Made by a program: the position numbers and the translations under genes. A DNA stretch of 64,000 nt, from positions 79,724 to 143,723 of the forward strand of contig CBFFRQ010000087.1 in the NCBI GenBank assembly GCA_965644315.1. Reading direction: 5' to 3'. The notes below the pieces were generated by a model. The model was not told the origin of the DNA, ran no database searches, and saw only the letters and a list, made by a program, of their open reading frames with translations. Shown one piece after another: positions 60,615-64,000 of the stretch. Numbering within the stretch: the first letter of the stretch is position 1; the number at the start of each line of letters is the position of its first letter. The DNA comes from Caecitellus pseudoparvulus. Lineage: Eukaryota > Protista > Bigyra: Bicosoecida.

Positions 60615-61631
60615 CTACTCACCCCCCTGCACTTCTCGCCGAAGCAGAAGCATGCTTCGTCGTGCGTGGCGTGCGGCAGTGCCTTCCCACAGTGCAGCTG
60701 CGCGCACACCGCTCAGCGCAGCGCCAGTGGTGAACTGGCCATACGCAGCCAGAGCACGGGGGGGTGGCTGTGGGTACGCCTGCCACTCCACACCGGCACA
60801 GCGTGGGTGAGTCAAGAAAAGTCGCAGAAAGTTCTGCTGAGCTTCCCGGGGAGGGTGTGCCGCGAAGTGGTCCATGAAGCTGTCCACTGGCAGGCCACGG
60901 GCAGCGGGTGCGTCAAGAAGCGCCTTGACCACGCCCATGTGCCCGTAACGCGCCGCCTTTGGCAACGCAGCAAGGTGTGGATCGGCCAGGTTGACGCGGG
61001 CGGGGCCCTGCACATCCAGCAGCATCTGCACCATCGGCACACAGCCATGGGCACATGCAAAGGTGAATGCGCGCCGGACAGTCTCCTTGTCTAGCACGCC
61101 CAGCCTACCGCGTAGCTCCAGCAGGCGCTGCGCCACTGCCAGCGAGCCGTGCCTGGCTGCCAAGTCCAGCAACACACACATACCATGGCGAGTCAGGAGC
61201 CTGGTGCCAGGGCCCCACTCCAGGCACTCGGTCAGCACCTCGCCATGGTCCTTCCAAGTGGCGTGCTCCAGGCCGTTCATGAGCGCAGTGGCGTCGAGGC
61301 TTTGGCGTGGTGGCTGCAGCTGCAGGAAAATCCGCACGATGTGCACATGCCCCCCTGCACAGGCAGCGAGGAATGCCTCGTCACCACGTGCGTGCTCGTC
61401 GACTTTCCACTTGCCCTGTAGTCCCAGAAGTGTGTGCACAACGCTGGCGTGGCCATTGGCAGCCGCGATGGTCAGTGCTTCGCTCGCTGCCTCAGCCGAG
61501 CTGCCGCTGCACCGCAGTAAGCCGCTCACAGCGGCGACATCGCCTGTTGCCGCGGCAACACGGAAGAGATCCTCATCCCATGCCTTGTACCGCTTGATCG
61601 GGGCGGCACCGGGCTCTGCTCTGCCGGCCAT
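60615..61631 (-). CDS. Ankyrin-repeat protein
   Basis: About 6 repeats of the type A..AA.GH..VV..LL (AAANGHASVVHTLL, ACAGGHVHIVRIFL, AARYGHMGVVKALL). Confidence 0.85.
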   Translation of the reverse strand: MAGRAEPGAAPIKRYKAWDEDLFRVAAATGDVAAVSGLLRCSGSSAEAASEALTIAAANGHASVVHTLLGLQGKWKVDEHARGDEAFLAACAGGHVHIVRIFLQLQPPRQSLDATALMNGLEHATWKDHGEVLTECLEWGPGTRLLTRHGMCVLLDLAARHGSLAVAQRLLELRGRLGVLDKETVRRAFTFACAHGCVPMVQMLLDVQGPARVNLADPHLAALPKAARYGHMGVVKALLDAPAARGLPVDSFMDHFAAHPPREAQQNFLRLFLTHPRCAGVEWQAYPQPPPRALAAYGQFTTGAALSGVRAAALWEGTAARHARRSMLLLRREVQGGE

Positions 61632-61887
61632 AGGCTTCGGCAGGCACCCCCCACGTCAGGGGAAGCACGTGCGCTGGCCAGAAGAGTGCGAGGTTGTGTC
61701 AATGGGCTCCAAATCCAGCGTGCAAAACAGGCTCAGCTCAGGTACCACAAAAGCGGACCTGTGTATCGCGAAGTGCGTTGCATGCAGAGCATGCGCTGGC
61801 CTTGTCAGCGAGGGGGTCGAATGTGTACTCCGTTGGCGCCTGTTCCAATTGCGACTCAGCCCCACACCGACGCGACCACACAGCGCG

Positions 61888-63096
61888 CTACCGCAGCGCA
61901 GGCGGGGACACACCCCCTTGCACTGCCCTCTCACCCCGTGCGTCGGCCAGGGTGCGTGTGGTAACGGCGATGACCCGCCCCGCAGCGCGCCCCACCGCAG
62001 CTGTTCGGCGCACCTGCCACGGCGACAAGCCCAGCGCCACAATGTCCTCAACTCTCCGCCCACCAGCTCGGCCAGAGCGCAGGTCCGGGCGCCGTGAAAT
62101 CCACCGCGGGGCAGACCTGGCTCGGTGCAGCAGCCTGCGCGACCCCGGCACTGGGGCTGCACTGCCGATGATGTATGTGGGGGATAGGGGGCCGGTTGCC
62201 GGGCCTAGGGCGTTTGAACGGACATCTGGCATCTTCTGGGAGCCTGCAGCACTTGGGAGAGCAGGCGTGCCTTCGCTTCCCTGCGTGTTTCCCGGAAGTT
62301 TCCGAGTGGGGCTGTGGGGGTTCAGGCGCCATACGGTGGCTTCCTGGGGGGGCGGGGAGGGGTGTGCAGGGGGGGCTTGTACCCCCCCCTGCCTCTGCCG
62401 CACCGGGGACGAGGGTGTCGCCAGGACGGCTGCAGCAGCCGCAGCCTGCTCTGTGGGCGATGGCGTGACCCAGGGGTCTTGGGCCCCCACCGCCCAGAGC
62501 AGGGGGTGGCGTGGTGAAGGGGGGGGTGGGCGCCTCAGACGGGGGGCGGAAGCAGAGCGCCCTCTCTGCGTTACTGGCGCAATGCTGCGGCTTGGGCGCG
62601 TCGTGGCGCCAGATCTGGCGCTGTGCTCTGCCACTGGGGTGTGCTTGTGGGGCTGTTGTGTGCTGGACAGGGCTCGGCCTGGACTTGCCACTGGGGTGGT
62701 GGCCGAGCTGGTCTGGGCAGCACGACCACGAGAGAGACTGCGTCTTGCCGCCTGTGCTGCCCAGCGCTGTACAGGCGGCGGGGAGGCTGCCCGGCGGCGT
62801 TGGGTGCGTCGGGCCACACCAGCAGCCAGTGTCGCTGGCGAGGCGGTCAGGCCACCTCCCCGCCGGGGGCTGATGTGGCTGCCATGGGGGGAGTGGGGGG
62901 AAAACGTAGACGGCGAAGGCGAAAGGGCGCCAAGGCGAGGTCTTTGCGGTGGGCTGTCCATGCTGGGTGGCGGATCTCGAGGAGAGTGGAGTGGGGGGGT
63001 GTTTGTCGCTGCGACCACGGGTATCCTGTGCTTGGGCGAGAGCACACAGCGCGTGCACGGCGATGGCACGGCGATGCAGAGGAGGGAAGGAGGCAC
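61888..63096 (-). CDS. Low-complexity Pro/Ser/Arg-rich hypothetical protein
   Basis: 402-aa ORF predicted to be disordered. Exon structure unknown. Confidence 0.3.
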   Translation of the reverse strand: MPPSLLCIAVPSPCTRCVLSPKHRIPVVAATNTPPLHSPRDPPPSMDSPPQRPRLGALSPSPSTFSPHSPHGSHISPRRGGGLTASPATLAAGVARRTQRRRAASPPPVQRWAAQAARRSLSRGRAAQTSSATTPVASPGRALSSTQQPHKHTPVAEHSARSGATTRPSRSIAPVTQRGRSASAPRLRRPPPPSPRHPLLWAVGAQDPWVTPSPTEQAAAAAAVLATPSSPVRQRQGGVQAPPAHPSPPPQEATVWRLNPHSPTRKLPGNTQGSEGTPALPSAAGSQKMPDVRSNALGPATGPLSPTYIIGSAAPVPGSRRLLHRARSAPRWISRRPDLRSGRAGGRRVEDIVALGLSPWQVRRTAAVGRAAGRVIAVTTRTLADARGERAVQGGVSPPALR

Positions 63097-64000
63097 GCCC
63101 GTCTAGACTCACCTGCGGGGTGTGCAGCTTGTGCACTGCCTAGCTTTCGTTGGGGCGGTAGCTGCTGGGGCAGAGCAGGCTTGGCGTGAAAGGGCAAGCG
63201 CAGAGCGAGCTGCGTCCACAGCGCAGTGTGCGGCACTGGAGCCCTACAAGGCACACCTTGCTGAGCGCCTGTAAGAAACAGGCCAGGAAGGTCCAGGTCC
63301 AAGCCGCGTTTGGCACGTCATGCATGTAGTGCTGAATTTGCCCGGCGCGGCATGGCGCCAACGCAGCAACAGTTACGCGCGGCCACCTTGCTGTTGCAGG
63401 TGTCCACAGCGCTCGCCTCTGACGCCAGGGCGGATCTGAAAGCCACTATGTGGGTGTTTGCCCATGAAATTGCTGCATGTGACCTCATTTTTTGCTTCGA
63501 TAAAGGGTGAAATGCCGTGCAAGCGGTTCCCTTTGAGAGTTCTCGTCTGTATGCAAACTGCTCCCGAGGAGCTGCCCTGCACTATGCATCGCAATCAACA
63601 AGGGTTGGACTGGGCAGTTCTGCCAGGGGTGTCCCCCATGCCTTGCGCACAGGGGGGTGGGCAGGGGTCAGCCTCGTGGCTGGCGAGGCCGCAGCGATGG
63701 AAGCCGGGGTTGGCGGCGGCGCGGCACGCGGGGCAGGGGTGCCTGGTGGCAAGGGAGAGCAACGGGCACTGTCTGGCGATATAGCAGTCTCTCGTGCACT
63801 TGGAACTGTGACTTGCAGCGATTCCCGCCGTTCAGAGCGCCCTTCTTCAACACGGTCCAAACCAAGTGGCTCAGGTGGTGGTGGCGGCCGAGTGGACTGC
63901 CTTCGTGGGAAGACATGCGCATCAACTGTGGGCCGAGGGATGTGTACTGGACGCTCCAATAAGTGGAATGCTGAAGGTGACACGGGGATCCCGTCCTTGT

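Noticed and set aside
63100-64000. Short ORFs at the window end
   Set aside because: There are no recognisable motifs or consistent exon chain, so I cannot support a call.

Overview
This is GC-rich, gene-dense nuclear DNA from a unicellular flagellated eukaryote. The evidence is short GT-AG spliceosomal introns, DRC1, Rab-GDI, RAD17 and a nucleus-encoded F1-beta. A stramenopile/bicosoecid-like heterotroph is my guess, not a demonstrated result. About 21 protein-coding genes are visible: a secreted bacterial-type esterase, a ~4,600-aa Pmp-like surface protein with a Gly-Thr-Pro-Tyr repeat, mitochondrial ATP synthase beta, NOP2, ADP/ATP carrier, RAD17, a HAD phosphatase, a tandem SpoVS-domain protein, a multipass membrane protein, DRC1, a spartin-like protein, a LEA-like protein, NOL9/Grc3, a ~3,900-aa fibrocystin-L-like protein, Rab-GDI, an ankyrin protein and several hypotheticals. 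I saw no rRNA, tRNA, CRISPR array or transposon. The most unusual observations are: (1) a catalytically intact F1-beta with a ~120-aa helical insertion in its crown beta-barrel plus a ~72-aa C-terminal tail; (2) an intron-containing eukaryotic gene with two SpoVS domains and an RG-rich leader; (3) a recurring, strand-oriented YCAAYTTCCGC motif upstream of many start codons; (4) two giant beta-helix surface proteins. All family assignments come from motif recognition by eye, and exon boundaries were inferred manually.
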